64,000 bases of DNA from Candidatus Eiseniibacteriota bacterium (lineage in GTDB: Bacteria > Eisenbacteria > RBG-16-71-46): positions 69,711 through 133,710 of the forward strand of contig JANMQY010000016.1 of assembly GCA_031370785.1 (NCBI GenBank), in the 5' to 3' direction. Both the position numbers and the translations under genes were made by a program. Within the stretch, counting starts at the first letter, position 1. Each line of letters starts with the position of its first letter. Of this stretch, positions 40,324 to 49,909 are shown piece by piece. Below the pieces are notes generated by a model. That model ran no database searches. It saw nothing but the letters and a program-made list of their open reading frames with translations, and was not told the origin of the DNA.

Positions 40324-41802
40324 CTACGCCGCGCTGCCCTCCAGCCAGGCGGCCTCGCGCGCCGCCGCGCGCAGCGCCTGAATGGTCGCGGGATCGAGGC
40401 GCGAGGCCACCCGTTCGAGCGCCTGATCCATCGCGTCTTCGAAGCCGGCTCCGCGCGCCCGCAGTTCGGCCAGCGCCCATGCGGCCGCGACCAGTCCCGC
40501 GGCGCGCTGAAGCTCGGGGCGATCGCCGGGGCCATCCTCACCGAGCTCAGCGCCCTCGCACAGCCGTACCAGCTCGCTCGCGCGCCCGGTCGACTCGGTC
40601 GTGGCGATGCGCTCGAGCGCGACCCTGAGAGCGCCCGCCGTGACCCCTCGCCCGAACGCCGCGGCGTGCCGGACCAATCCGCGAGCGCGCGGCGGCAGCA
40701 GCGTGGCGCGCGCGGCCCGATGCACCACCAGCGCCGCCTCGAGCCGCAGCGCGGTCGAAGCATCGGAGGCTGAGATCGCCAGCAGCTCGAGCTGGCGGTC
40801 GAGCTGGGCGGCGAAACGCTGCGCGGTGGAGAGCGCCGCCGCCGCGATCTCGCACAGGCCCGCGAGCAGCTCGAGGTCGGTCCTGCCCAGCTCCATTCCG
40901 TCGAGCCGTTCGTCGGCGATCAGCAGCGCTTCGAGACCATCCGGCGTCGCGAGCGGCGCGATCAGCGCGCAGCCACAGCCGATCAACGGCGGCATCTCGC
41001 CGCGCAGCTCGGGCAGACGTTCCAGCTCGCGCTGATGCACCGGACGCCCGAGCGCGCGCACCATGGTGGCGAGCGCACTGGTGCGCTCGATCGAAATCGC
41101 AGCGAAGCGCTCGAACCCGTCCCCGCGCACCGCGTGCGCCGTGAACGCGCCTTCTGCGTCGGGCAGCAGCAACGCCACCGCGCCGACGCCGAGGCGGCCC
41201 TGGGTCTCGAGCAGGAGACGGCGCGTGAGCTCGTCGACGTCGAGCGTTCGGTGCAGATCGCGCCCGAGTCCGAACGCCAGCTCGCGCAGGCGCTGCTCGC
41301 GCCGGGTTTCGAGGTGCGAGCGCTTCACCTCGTCCTGCACGCGGGTGAGCTCGCGCTCGAGCTCGCGCTTCTCGCGCCGCGCATCGCGACCCTCGGCCGA
41401 GCGTGCCAGCAGGCGGCGCGAGCGGGCGATCAGCTCCTTGGGCGAAAACGGCTTGGTCAGGTAGTCGTCGGCGCCGGCCTGAAGTCCCTGCAGGCGAGAC
41501 TCGGTTTCGGAGGCGGCCGAGACCAGGATGATCGGGATGTGGAAGTGCTCGGGATCGCGCCGGATCATCTCGCACACTTCGAGCCCGCTCTTCTTCGGCA
41601 GGCGCACGTCCATGACCAGCAGGTCCGGCTTCTCGGCGAGCGCCTTGTTCACGGCCTCCTCGCCGTCGGCCGCGGTCCAGACCTTGAACCCGTTCGCGCT
41701 GAAGGCGATGTCCAGCAGCTCGACCACGCGCCGATCATCGTCCACCACCAGCACGGTCGGCGTGGCGTCGTGAGTGCGGTCGTTCCCCCGTCCCGGAATC
41801 AC
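40324..41802 (-). CDS. Response regulator: REC-coiled coil-GAF-degenerate HD-GYP-like domain
   Basis: Intact REC (VVDDD, MDVRLP, KPF); tail RLDPATIQAL resembles the HD-GYP end but HD and GYP motifs are absent. Confidence 0.75.
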   Translation of the reverse strand: MIPGRGNDRTHDATPTVLVVDDDRRVVELLDIAFSANGFKVWTAADGEEAVNKALAEKPDLLVMDVRLPKKSGLEVCEMIRRDPEHFHIPIILVSAASETESRLQGLQAGADDYLTKPFSPKELIARSRRLLARSAEGRDARREKRELERELTRVQDEVKRSHLETRREQRLRELAFGLGRDLHRTLDVDELTRRLLLETQGRLGVGAVALLLPDAEGAFTAHAVRGDGFERFAAISIERTSALATMVRALGRPVHQRELERLPELRGEMPPLIGCGCALIAPLATPDGLEALLIADERLDGMELGRTDLELLAGLCEIAAAALSTAQRFAAQLDRQLELLAISASDASTALRLEAALVVHRAARATLLPPRARGLVRHAAAFGRGVTAGALRVALERIATTESTGRASELVRLCEGAELGEDGPGDRPELQRAAGLVAAAWALAELRARGAGFEDAMDQALERVASRLDPATIQALRAAAREAAWLEGSAA

Positions 41803-43574
41803 CCGGCGCTCCGATCGAGAAGCCCGACACTCTCCAGAATCTGCCTCACCAGCTCGCGCTCGAACGGCTTGTACAGAGTGCGGGTCACGCCCGCCGAGCG
41901 CGCGGTCGCCACGTCCTCGGCGTCACGTACCAGCGCAACGATGCGCTCGCGAGCCGGGCCGTGCTCGAGCAGCTCGCGCAGCAGGTCGGCACCGCGCGCA
42001 TCCGGCAGCTCGACATCGACGCACACCAGGCTCCAGGTGTCGTGTGTCAGCGCGATGAACAGCTCGGCCGCCGTGCTCACCGCATACACCTCGAGGCCCT
42101 CGTGCTCGAGGGTGCGGATGAGAAAGATCTGCGCGATGATCGAATCCTCGGCGACGAGCACGCGACGTCCCGCCGGCGCATCGAAGGTCGGCTCGGACCT
42201 CATTCCAGCACGGAGCGAGGGAGCGCGCTCCGCTTCCTCGCGCACGGGCTCGGGTGCCGGCAGCGGCTCGACATCCGCGGCGCGGAGCAGCGGAATGTGC
42301 GACTCCCCATGCTTGCGCGACTGCGACAGCGGCTTGCGCTCGGGTCGGGGCGGCGAGTCTCGATGAGGCGTCCGCGTTTCGGCGGACGGCGCCTCGAGCG
42401 GGATCGCGGACTCGACATCGAGCATGGGCGCTTCGATGCGCGGCGCCTCGAGCTCGGGCGCGCGCCCGGCCGCCGCAGCCCGGCGCATCTCATTCGCGAG
42501 CGCAACCGCGGGCAGCGTCGCCTCCACGTCGCGCAGCAGCAGCGCCGGGTCGGCGAGCCAGAAGATCTCGCCCTCGTCGGTGCGCACCGCTCTCGACCAG
42601 TCCGGCGCGGGCGGCGAGCCCGCGGCAGCGGAAGGCTCGGCGGCGAGACGCCAGATCAGTCGGTCGGCGGGAAACCACGCGCGCTTGAGTCCGAGTCCGA
42701 GCAGCGCGAACGGGCGATCGGCGCCCCTGTCCCGCAGCTCCGCCAGCGGAGCGAGCGTGGGCGGCGAGGCCGTGTCGTGCGTCTCCTCGGGTCCGAGCGG
42801 GGCGCGGCGGATCTGGACGCGCAGCACGGCGTGCCACGGCAGCGCCAGGCGAAAACCACCGTGCTCGACCATGAGGAACGTGTCGCGCGCGGCGTACACC
42901 GGCACGCGCATGGTCCAGCGGCCCTGCGCTTCGCTCGTGGGATCCGGGAACAGACTCCCTCCCGCGAAGGTGAGCATGTGGTGGGCGGGTGCGAATCCCG
43001 CAGAATCCGGGGCCGAGGCGCTCAGCTCGAGCGCACCGTCGTCGACCCGCGCTGCGAGGCTGCGCTGATGTCGCGCGCCGAACAGCCAGTCGAGCGCAGC
43101 GTGCAGCGCCGCCGCGACCGGCGCGGTCACGCGCACCCCGGAGACTCCGTGGTCCGGACGGGTGGGCTCGATCCTCCACTCGGCCAGCACTTCTGACAGC
43201 GCGAGCGTCGGAACCGCGCCCTCGGCGCCGTTCGGGCGCGCGCTCCATTCGAGGCCCTCGAGCTCGGCGGCGAGCGCCGAGAGTTCGAGGTCGCCGCGCC
43301 GGAAAACGTCAGGATCGCCCTCTTCCCGACACTGCTCGGCGAGGCGCGCGAGGCGTTCGATCATCGGGCGCAGCTCGGCGGGCCACTCGTGGCCTGCGTG
43401 CGGTTCGAACACGGCCAGCGCGCGGTCGAGACCGGCCAGCGAGAGCACCTGCGCCATGTCGCGCGCCAGCGCCACAGCCGGCGCCGGCGCACCCGGAGAG
43501 AGCGCGGGGGTCAACACCTCGAGCAGGCCGCGCGCCAGTTTGCGCGCGGTGGCATCGACGCTGGCATCGTTCAC
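41799..43574 (-). CDS. Degenerate CheA-like protein with a CheW-like region and a C-terminal REC domain
   Basis: AGGSLF...WTMRVPV...FLMVEHGGFRLALPWHAV mirrors the CheA P4/P5 junction; REC VLVAEDS...VCVDVELP...KPF. Confidence 0.6.
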   Translation of the reverse strand: MNDASVDATARKLARGLLEVLTPALSPGAPAPAVALARDMAQVLSLAGLDRALAVFEPHAGHEWPAELRPMIERLARLAEQCREEGDPDVFRRGDLELSALAAELEGLEWSARPNGAEGAVPTLALSEVLAEWRIEPTRPDHGVSGVRVTAPVAAALHAALDWLFGARHQRSLAARVDDGALELSASAPDSAGFAPAHHMLTFAGGSLFPDPTSEAQGRWTMRVPVYAARDTFLMVEHGGFRLALPWHAVLRVQIRRAPLGPEETHDTASPPTLAPLAELRDRGADRPFALLGLGLKRAWFPADRLIWRLAAEPSAAAGSPPAPDWSRAVRTDEGEIFWLADPALLLRDVEATLPAVALANEMRRAAAAGRAPELEAPRIEAPMLDVESAIPLEAPSAETRTPHRDSPPRPERKPLSQSRKHGESHIPLLRAADVEPLPAPEPVREEAERAPSLRAGMRSEPTFDAPAGRRVLVAEDSIIAQIFLIRTLEHEGLEVYAVSTAAELFIALTHDTWSLVCVDVELPDARGADLLRELLEHGPARERIVALVRDAEDVATARSAGVTRTLYKPFERELVRQILESVGLLDRSAG

Positions 43575-45031
43575 GAGCGCTCTCCTCGTTCGCGAGCCTC
43601 GGCGTCGGTCGCACGATCGTCACGCCCGAGCAGGCGCAGCTTCCCGCCCGGCCCTGCCGCCTCGCTGCCCTCGCCCGGGGCCATGAGACGCGCGGGGTCC
43701 GCGGCCGGGCTCGAAACCTCAGGCGCGAGATTTCGCGCGAGAGTCTCGAGCAACGCAACCTCTTCCTCGAGTCGATGCGCCAGGCGTTGCGCCGCACGCG
43801 AGGCGCGTTCCCCGGCGGCGGAGAGGCGCTCGCCCTTGCTGGTCGCGTCCTGAACCATCTCGCGCACGCGCTCCATCAGGTGCAGCGTGTCGTCGGACTG
43901 CGGACCCGCCAGGACAGGATCTGGCACGCTCTCGAGTGCGTCCGCGACGCGTGAGCGCACGGCGGTCATGCGCTGAGTCGCATTCGAGACGTCGAGCTCC
44001 ACGTCACGCGCCAGCTCCGAGACACGATCGGTGGCGGCGCGGACTTCGCGCGCGAGTGTCTTGAGATCCTCGGACGTTTCCGCGGGCCTATCGCCGGCGC
44101 GCCCGGCGGTGACCGCGTTGAGCGCGATGAGCGTGGCGCGATTGGCGACCACCTGCACCTGCTCGGAAACCTCGTGAACCTTGAGCATGCCCTCGGCGAG
44201 CAGCGAGACGCTGACGCCCGAGGCAGCGACCAGCTCCTCGATCGCGTGCGATGCGGCCCTCCGGTAGCGCTCGACCGCGTCGGGCACGGCGGCCTCAGTC
44301 GCGGGCGCGCCCAGTGCCTGCTGAAGCTCGCCGCTCAGCCGATGCAGCTCGCGCACGGTCGTGAGCAGCGCGGTGGCTTCGACGAATCCTCTCTCGGCCT
44401 GCTCGGCGGTTTCGCGCGCCTCTCCGAGTGACTCGGTCAGCTCCACGGCCGCTCCACGCAGGTTCTCTCCGGTGCCGGCCCGGGTGCCCATGGCGCGTGC
44501 AAGCGTGCGCTCGAGAACCGCCGAGATCAGGCTGAGCGGTCCGGTCTGAAGCGGCGGCGGCTGCCAGCGCGCGCCGGCATCCCAGCGCTCGAGCGATTCG
44601 CGAAGGCGCGCGATCTCGGCCTGCAGCGAGGCCTGCTCGGTGCCGCCGCGCGCGAGCTGACGCTGGCGCACGAGGATTTCCTGAACTCGCTCGGTGAGCT
44701 CGCCGAGCTCGCCCCAGCCCGAGGGCAGGCCGCGCAGCTCGGAGGGTTGACCCGCAGCCAGGCTGCGGATGAGGCCGCGCAGAACCCGGATGATGCCACG
44801 ATCGAGCCAGAGCGCGAGAACCACCCCGACGATCAGCGCGCCGCCGGCGATCGCGGGCAGCCACACCCAGCGCAGCTCGGCATTCAGTCCGCTCGCGGGA
44901 AGATCCGACTGTAGCACCAGCCACCACAGGGCGGCGGCGACGAGCAGTTCGGAACCGAGGCAGCCGATCCACAGCCGGACACGCAGTCCGGCGCCGGAAG
45001 AGGGCGCGGTCGTGTTGGCTCGCTTATCCAT
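43571..45031 (-). CDS. Divergent methyl-accepting chemotaxis-like membrane protein
   Basis: Two TM helices, HAMP-like GELGELTERV, hairpin-like VVANRATLIALNA...LAREVRAATDR. Confidence 0.65.
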   Translation of the reverse strand: MDKRANTTAPSSGAGLRVRLWIGCLGSELLVAAALWWLVLQSDLPASGLNAELRWVWLPAIAGGALIVGVVLALWLDRGIIRVLRGLIRSLAAGQPSELRGLPSGWGELGELTERVQEILVRQRQLARGGTEQASLQAEIARLRESLERWDAGARWQPPPLQTGPLSLISAVLERTLARAMGTRAGTGENLRGAAVELTESLGEARETAEQAERGFVEATALLTTVRELHRLSGELQQALGAPATEAAVPDAVERYRRAASHAIEELVAASGVSVSLLAEGMLKVHEVSEQVQVVANRATLIALNAVTAGRAGDRPAETSEDLKTLAREVRAATDRVSELARDVELDVSNATQRMTAVRSRVADALESVPDPVLAGPQSDDTLHLMERVREMVQDATSKGERLSAAGERASRAAQRLAHRLEEEVALLETLARNLAPEVSSPAADPARLMAPGEGSEAAGPGGKLRLLGRDDRATDAEARERGERS

Positions 45032-45276
45032 TGCGGCGGGAGTCAGGGCGCGGCCACGCCTGGGGAGCAAACGACGTCGAGGACTTCACGTTCGGCCTTT
45101 TCGCAAGACATGTGCCCCCGCGAACCCTGTTTCGAGCTCCGCGGAACGGCCACCACCGGCTACGTCGTTCGCCGAGACGGGAAGCGCGCGCGTGCAGAAC
45201 GCGACGCTCCGCCCGCGACGCTATCGCGCTGTCGCACACGCTCCTGTAAGGGAAATGCCTATCAAGACTCTTCACA

Positions 45277-45295
45277 CGCAATGCCAGACATTGCG
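45277..45295. promoter_or_regulatory. Palindromic candidate regulator/activator site
   Basis: CGCAATG-CCAGA-CATTGCG inverted repeat in a locally AT-richer divergent intergenic region. Confidence 0.45.
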
Positions 45296-45505
45296 ACTTT
45301 GCGTCCCGCGGCGCGCCGCTCCGTCTCAGGCGCTCACGCCGTGCCCCGACGAGCGCCAGCCCTCCGGTCACGGGCCAGAAGCCCCAGCGCGGGGGTCAGT
45401 CGACGCGAAGTTCCACTGGCCAGAAGGGTTCCAATCGCCCGTCCGGGATGGCGCAACTCCCGAGCGCACGCGAGAAATGGGCCCTGGCGCTCTTCCCCGT
45501 CCCTG

Positions 45506-45521
45506 TGGCATGCGAGATGCA
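45506..45521 (+). promoter_or_regulatory. sigma54 (-24/-12) promoter
   Basis: TGGCATGCGAGATGCA with GG-N10-GC spacing, 73 nt before ATG 45595. Confidence 0.6.
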
Positions 45522-45594
45522 ATGACCCTCTGGGAAGGGACGTGCCCGGACCCCTGGCTCCTCTGGTTTCCGGCACTACGACAGGAGCTTCCCG

Positions 45595-46356
45595 ATGAAC
45601 CCGCGACACTACGTCGACCTCAAGGAAACGAGTCGGGATCTTCAGCCGACGTACTACTTCATGATCAATTGCCTGCTCTACAGCCGCATGGAGACAGGCC
45701 TGGTCAGCAATCAGGACTTCTACGACGAAGACGTGAACGTCTACCTCGCTCACCTCCTGCACTCGTTCATCAATCCCGAGTACGTCGAGCAGTCGCGCAA
45801 GTTCCTGTCGAAGTACGACACTGACGTGTTCCGCAGGCTCGCCAACTCCGGCGACGCGCGGCTCAAGTATCAGATCTACAAGACCAACGCCGACTTTCTC
45901 CTGATCTCGATCGGGATCTTCGACAATCCTACCGCCGCCGCCGTCGCGCGCCGCCATCAGCCGAGCGAAGAGGCGTACATCGGCCGTGGCAAGACCTACT
46001 ACCACTTCGCCTACTCGTACGGCCAGCAGATGCACCGCAAGAACGCGGGCGTGGCCGAAGTGCTCGAGAAGCTCTCGGTGGGCTTCGAGAAGTACATCCG
46101 CATCCTGTCACACATGCGCGGCGAGTACCTCGACCTGATGACGCGCCTTTCGCAGGGCGAGGTCTATCACCTCGAGCGGTCGATGGACGAGCACTCGCAG
46201 CAGGAGCTGCTGCGCGTCAAGCAGGACGAGCTGCTCGAGTTGTACACCGCGTGGAAGAGCGAGCCGAGCCGCGAGGCCGAGGCCAACCTCGAACGCGTCG
46301 TCGACGAGATCCGCCAGCTCAACCCCGAGTTCAAGTTTCAACTGCCGAAGCGATAG
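45595..46356 (+). CDS. Hypothetical helical cytoplasmic protein
   Basis: RBS AGGAG; strong G/C third-position bias; own promoter motif and downstream hairpin. Confidence 0.85.
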   Translation: MNPRHYVDLKETSRDLQPTYYFMINCLLYSRMETGLVSNQDFYDEDVNVYLAHLLHSFINPEYVEQSRKFLSKYDTDVFRRLANSGDARLKYQIYKTNADFLLISIGIFDNPTAAAVARRHQPSEEAYIGRGKTYYHFAYSYGQQMHRKNAGVAEVLEKLSVGFEKYIRILSHMRGEYLDLMTRLSQGEVYHLERSMDEHSQQELLRVKQDELLELYTAWKSEPSREAEANLERVVDEIRQLNPEFKFQLPKR

Positions 46357-46377
46357 TCCAGTCGCGGAAACGGCAGC

Positions 46378-46406
46378 GGGCCCCGGAGAGATACGCTCCG
46401 GGGCCC
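46378..46406. terminator. Hairpin between convergent genes
   Basis: GGGCCCCGGAG-AGATACG-CTCCGGGGCCC, 11-bp stem. Confidence 0.65.
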
Positions 46407-46428
46407 ATTCACCTGGGCTCGAAAGCTG

Positions 46429-48402
46429 TCAGCGGATGGCGATGCTCGAAGCGGGCTCGAGCGAGGCGGCGGCGACCGGAACGCGCGCACGCGAGTGCAC
46501 CCAGCTCTCGGCCCACATCTGCAGGCTGAGCACGGTCCACAGCGTTCGCCCGCGCTCGGCGCGCCCCTGGACGTGGTTGTCGAGCAGACGCGTGACCGCG
46601 TGTGGGTCGAGCACGCCCGCGCGTTCGACCCGCCCCGGCTCGAGGCGCGCGCGCACCTGGCGCTCGAGCGGACCTCGCGCCCACGCCGAGAACGGCGGTG
46701 AGAAGCCCTGCTTGCGCCGCCTCAGCAGGCGCCGCGGGAGCAGCCGCGAGGCCGCGCGCTTGAGCGCCCACTTGCCGCTGCCGCCGCGCAGCTTCGCGCG
46801 GTCGGGCAGGGCCAGCGCGAACTCGATCAGCTCATGCTGCAGGAACGGCGCTCGGGATTCCACGCCGTGCGCCATCGCGCAGCGGTCCACCTTGGTGAGC
46901 AGATCGCCGCTCAGGTAGGTCTCGAAGTCGAGCAGCTGATACGCGGTCAGCCCGGGACGGCGCGTCTGCGCGGCCAGCGCCGAATGCCCGAGCGCGTGCT
47001 CGAACGCGCCGAGGTGCGCGAGCGGCGCCTCGTCGCTCACCCGGACCCGCAGCCCGGGCGCGAGCAGCCCGAGCGCTTCGGCCGGGCGAGCGGTGCCGAA
47101 CCATGCCAAGTGGCGCTCGAAGGGCGGGAGCGCGGCGCCCTCGAGAAAGCGCTCCGCGAAGTACGCGACGCTCAGATGCGTGTGCGATGGGCGTGCGCGT
47201 CTCGCGATCTCGAGCAGCCGGGCGCGAGCCGCCGCGGGAAGGCGTGCGGCAAGCGCGGCCCAGCGATGCCCGAGGTAGGTCGGGTAGCCGGCGAACAGCT
47301 CATCGCCGCCCTCCCCGGTCAGCACCACCGGCACGTGGCGCGAGGCCAGGCGCGCGATCGCCCAGGTGGGCAGCAGGCTGGGATCGCCGAGCGGCTGGTC
47401 CATCGCGCTCCCGAAGCTTTCGAGCGCCTCCTCGCCCTCGGCGCTGTCCATGCTCAGCTCGTGGTGCTCCGAGCCGATCGAATGCGCGACCTCGCGCGCG
47501 TACTCCGACTCGTCGTAGCCACGCACCGGCATGCGCAGGCAGAAGGTCGGGAAGCGCTTCCCGAGCGCGCGCGCCGCGAGAGTCGCCACCAGCCCGGAAT
47601 CCACGCCGCCCGAGAGGAACACGCCGAACGGGACCTCGTCGGGCAGGCGCGAGCGCACCGCCCGCTCGAGCGCATCCAGGCTCCTCGCCGGCGCCTCGCC
47701 TGCCTCGCACGAAGCGCGGCCCAGCGCATCCCACGGCCGCCAGTAGCGGGTCAGATGCTCCTCGCCGTGCTCGAACACCAGGACGTGCGCGGCCGGGATC
47801 TGGCGGATCGACGCGAAAGCGCAGTCTGTTCCCGCGAAGTAGCCGTGCACGAGATAGCGCGCCAGCGCGTCCGGCGCCGGATCACGCGACACCCACGGCA
47901 GTGCCGCGAGCGCACCCGGCTCCGAAGCGAATGCCACCGCGCGCGCCGTGACCGAGACGAACAGCGGCTTCTCGCCGGCCCGGTCGCGCGCGAGCGTCAG
48001 GCGGCGCGCGCCGGCGTCCCAGATCGCGATCGCAAACATGCCATCGAGGCGTTCCGGGAACTGGGTCGCATTCTCCTGGTACAGACCCGGCAGCACCGCG
48101 GTGTCGGCGCCTTCCTCGACGATCGTGCCGCGCCGCACCAGCTCGCTGCGCAGCGCCTGGTGGTTGTAGATCTCGCCGTTCATCACCGCGTGCACCGAGC
48201 CGTCGGCGCTGGAGGTGATCCGGGTCGGAGAGAGCGGCGAGACGATCGCGAGCCGGCTGAGCCCGAGCGTCACTCCCGCATCCCCCCACAGCGCGCCGCC
48301 GCTCGGGCCGCGGTGCTCGAGCGAACGCAGCATCTCGGCCACCCAGTGCGCGCGCTCTTCGGCGCTCATGCCGGGGGCCCACAGCCCCGCGATTCCACAC
48401 AT
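46429..48402 (-). CDS. asnB: Asparagine synthase (glutamine-hydrolysing)-family amidotransferase
   Basis: MCGIAG, HRGP, NGEIYNH, RDRAGEKPL, LSGGVDS, GEGGDELFAGY. Confidence 0.92.
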   Translation of the reverse strand: MCGIAGLWAPGMSAEERAHWVAEMLRSLEHRGPSGGALWGDAGVTLGLSRLAIVSPLSPTRITSSADGSVHAVMNGEIYNHQALRSELVRRGTIVEEGADTAVLPGLYQENATQFPERLDGMFAIAIWDAGARRLTLARDRAGEKPLFVSVTARAVAFASEPGALAALPWVSRDPAPDALARYLVHGYFAGTDCAFASIRQIPAAHVLVFEHGEEHLTRYWRPWDALGRASCEAGEAPARSLDALERAVRSRLPDEVPFGVFLSGGVDSGLVATLAARALGKRFPTFCLRMPVRGYDESEYAREVAHSIGSEHHELSMDSAEGEEALESFGSAMDQPLGDPSLLPTWAIARLASRHVPVVLTGEGGDELFAGYPTYLGHRWAALAARLPAAARARLLEIARRARPSHTHLSVAYFAERFLEGAALPPFERHLAWFGTARPAEALGLLAPGLRVRVSDEAPLAHLGAFEHALGHSALAAQTRRPGLTAYQLLDFETYLSGDLLTKVDRCAMAHGVESRAPFLQHELIEFALALPDRAKLRGGSGKWALKRAASRLLPRRLLRRRKQGFSPPFSAWARGPLERQVRARLEPGRVERAGVLDPHAVTRLLDNHVQGRAERGRTLWTVLSLQMWAESWVHSRARVPVAAASLEPASSIAIR

Positions 48403-48427
48403 GTTCGGGCCGCCTGATGCGCTCTGG

Positions 48428-49900
48428 TCAGCGCGGTGAAGGTGAAGACATGCGATAGGCGACGAAGCGTCCGTCGCGGAAGAATTCGGTGCTGCCTTCG
48501 GGCGGCGGCATGGACGCCTCGCGTCGCGGACGAACCACGAATGCCGCGCGATCGCCGGGCGGCGGCGCCTCGAGCGGGGTCCATTGCCCGCGCGCGATCA
48601 GAGAATCGCGATAGCGAAGCTGGTAGTTGCTGGTGGTCTCCGCGCCGCGCGGGCTGACCAGGCTCGAGCCGTGTCCCAGGAGATAGTCCGTGCCCGGACT
48701 ATAGCAGCGTTCGTACCGGACCCCGCCCGGGCCGCGCGAGGCGATGGCGCGCGAGAGCGCGGCCCCGCTCGGCGCGAGGTCCGCATCGATCGGGTCGGAG
48801 CCCGCGGTCAGTACGATCGGCACCGCACACAGCAGGCCCAGCAGCAGGATTGCCGCAATCGCCCACGACCTTCTCTGGGGCGCACGATCGTTCCACGCCG
48901 CGCCCGCGACCCAGGCCAGCGGCGGGAAGGCGGGCAGCAGGTAGGTCACCAGCTTCGAGTGGGAGAGCGTGAAGAAGATCACGGCAAACAGCACGAAGCC
49001 GAGCCCGACCCGCGCGGTCGCCAGGACGCCCGGCTCCGCGCGCCGCACCCGGGCCACGCTCCATGGGGTGGCGAGCGACCAGGGCAGCGCACCGACCACC
49101 AGCACCGCGGGCACGAACCACCACGGCTGCTCGCGACGAAACGAGCCGGTGGCGATGCGCTCGATCGACTCCTCGACGAACGCGTAGTGCGGATACTCGG
49201 GGAACCGCGCAGTGGCGAGCGCGAACCATCCGCCGGCCAGCCCGAGCGCGACCAGCCATCCCGGCCACCAGGCGAGCCAGCGAACAGGGGATCTCGAACG
49301 CATGAGCAGTGCCGCCCCCAGGCTGCCGCCGATCACCCATGCCAGCATGACCGGGCCCTTGAGCAGCAGCCCGAGCCCGATCGCGAGGAACATCGCGAGA
49401 CGCCGGCGATTCGATCTGCCTTCGACCAGCTCGCGCGCCACGCCGAGCCATACCACGGTCACGCACAGGGTGAGTGGCATGTCGAAGATCACGTAGGCCG
49501 AGAGCGTGGCGAACAGTGGTGCAGAGGCGAGCAGCGCGACGCTGATGCGGGCGAATCGCGCGCCGCCGGTGCGCAGGGCATGCGATCCGACCAGCCACAG
49601 CGTCAGCACCGCGGCGACGATCGAAGGCAGGCGCGCAGCGAGCGGCGTGTGGCCGAGCGCACGGATCGCGAGAGACCCGGCCCAGAACAGCGCCGGGGGC
49701 TTGTCGAGGTACGGCATGCCGGCGAGATGCGGGATCACCAGATCGCCGCCGTTCGCCATCTCGCGCGCGACCTCGGCGTTGCGCCCCTCGTCGGGGTCGA
49801 ACAGCGGCACGAACGTGGCGAGCGAGAGGGAGAGCGCGAGGGAGGCGAGCAGGATCGCGATCAGCGGTGCGTCGAGACGCGGGTGGACGGGAGTGTTCAC
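48428..49900 (-). CDS. ArnT-like (GT83/39) membrane glycosyltransferase
   Basis: DPDEGRNAEVAREM, YLDKPP, LLKGPV, SKLVTYLLP. Confidence 0.88.
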   Translation of the reverse strand: MNTPVHPRLDAPLIAILLASLALSLSLATFVPLFDPDEGRNAEVAREMANGGDLVIPHLAGMPYLDKPPALFWAGSLAIRALGHTPLAARLPSIVAAVLTLWLVGSHALRTGGARFARISVALLASAPLFATLSAYVIFDMPLTLCVTVVWLGVARELVEGRSNRRRLAMFLAIGLGLLLKGPVMLAWVIGGSLGAALLMRSRSPVRWLAWWPGWLVALGLAGGWFALATARFPEYPHYAFVEESIERIATGSFRREQPWWFVPAVLVVGALPWSLATPWSVARVRRAEPGVLATARVGLGFVLFAVIFFTLSHSKLVTYLLPAFPPLAWVAGAAWNDRAPQRRSWAIAAILLLGLLCAVPIVLTAGSDPIDADLAPSGAALSRAIASRGPGGVRYERCYSPGTDYLLGHGSSLVSPRGAETTSNYQLRYRDSLIARGQWTPLEAPPPGDRAAFVVRPRREASMPPPEGSTEFFRDGRFVAYRMSSPSPR

Positions 49901-49909
49901 GCGCGCGTC

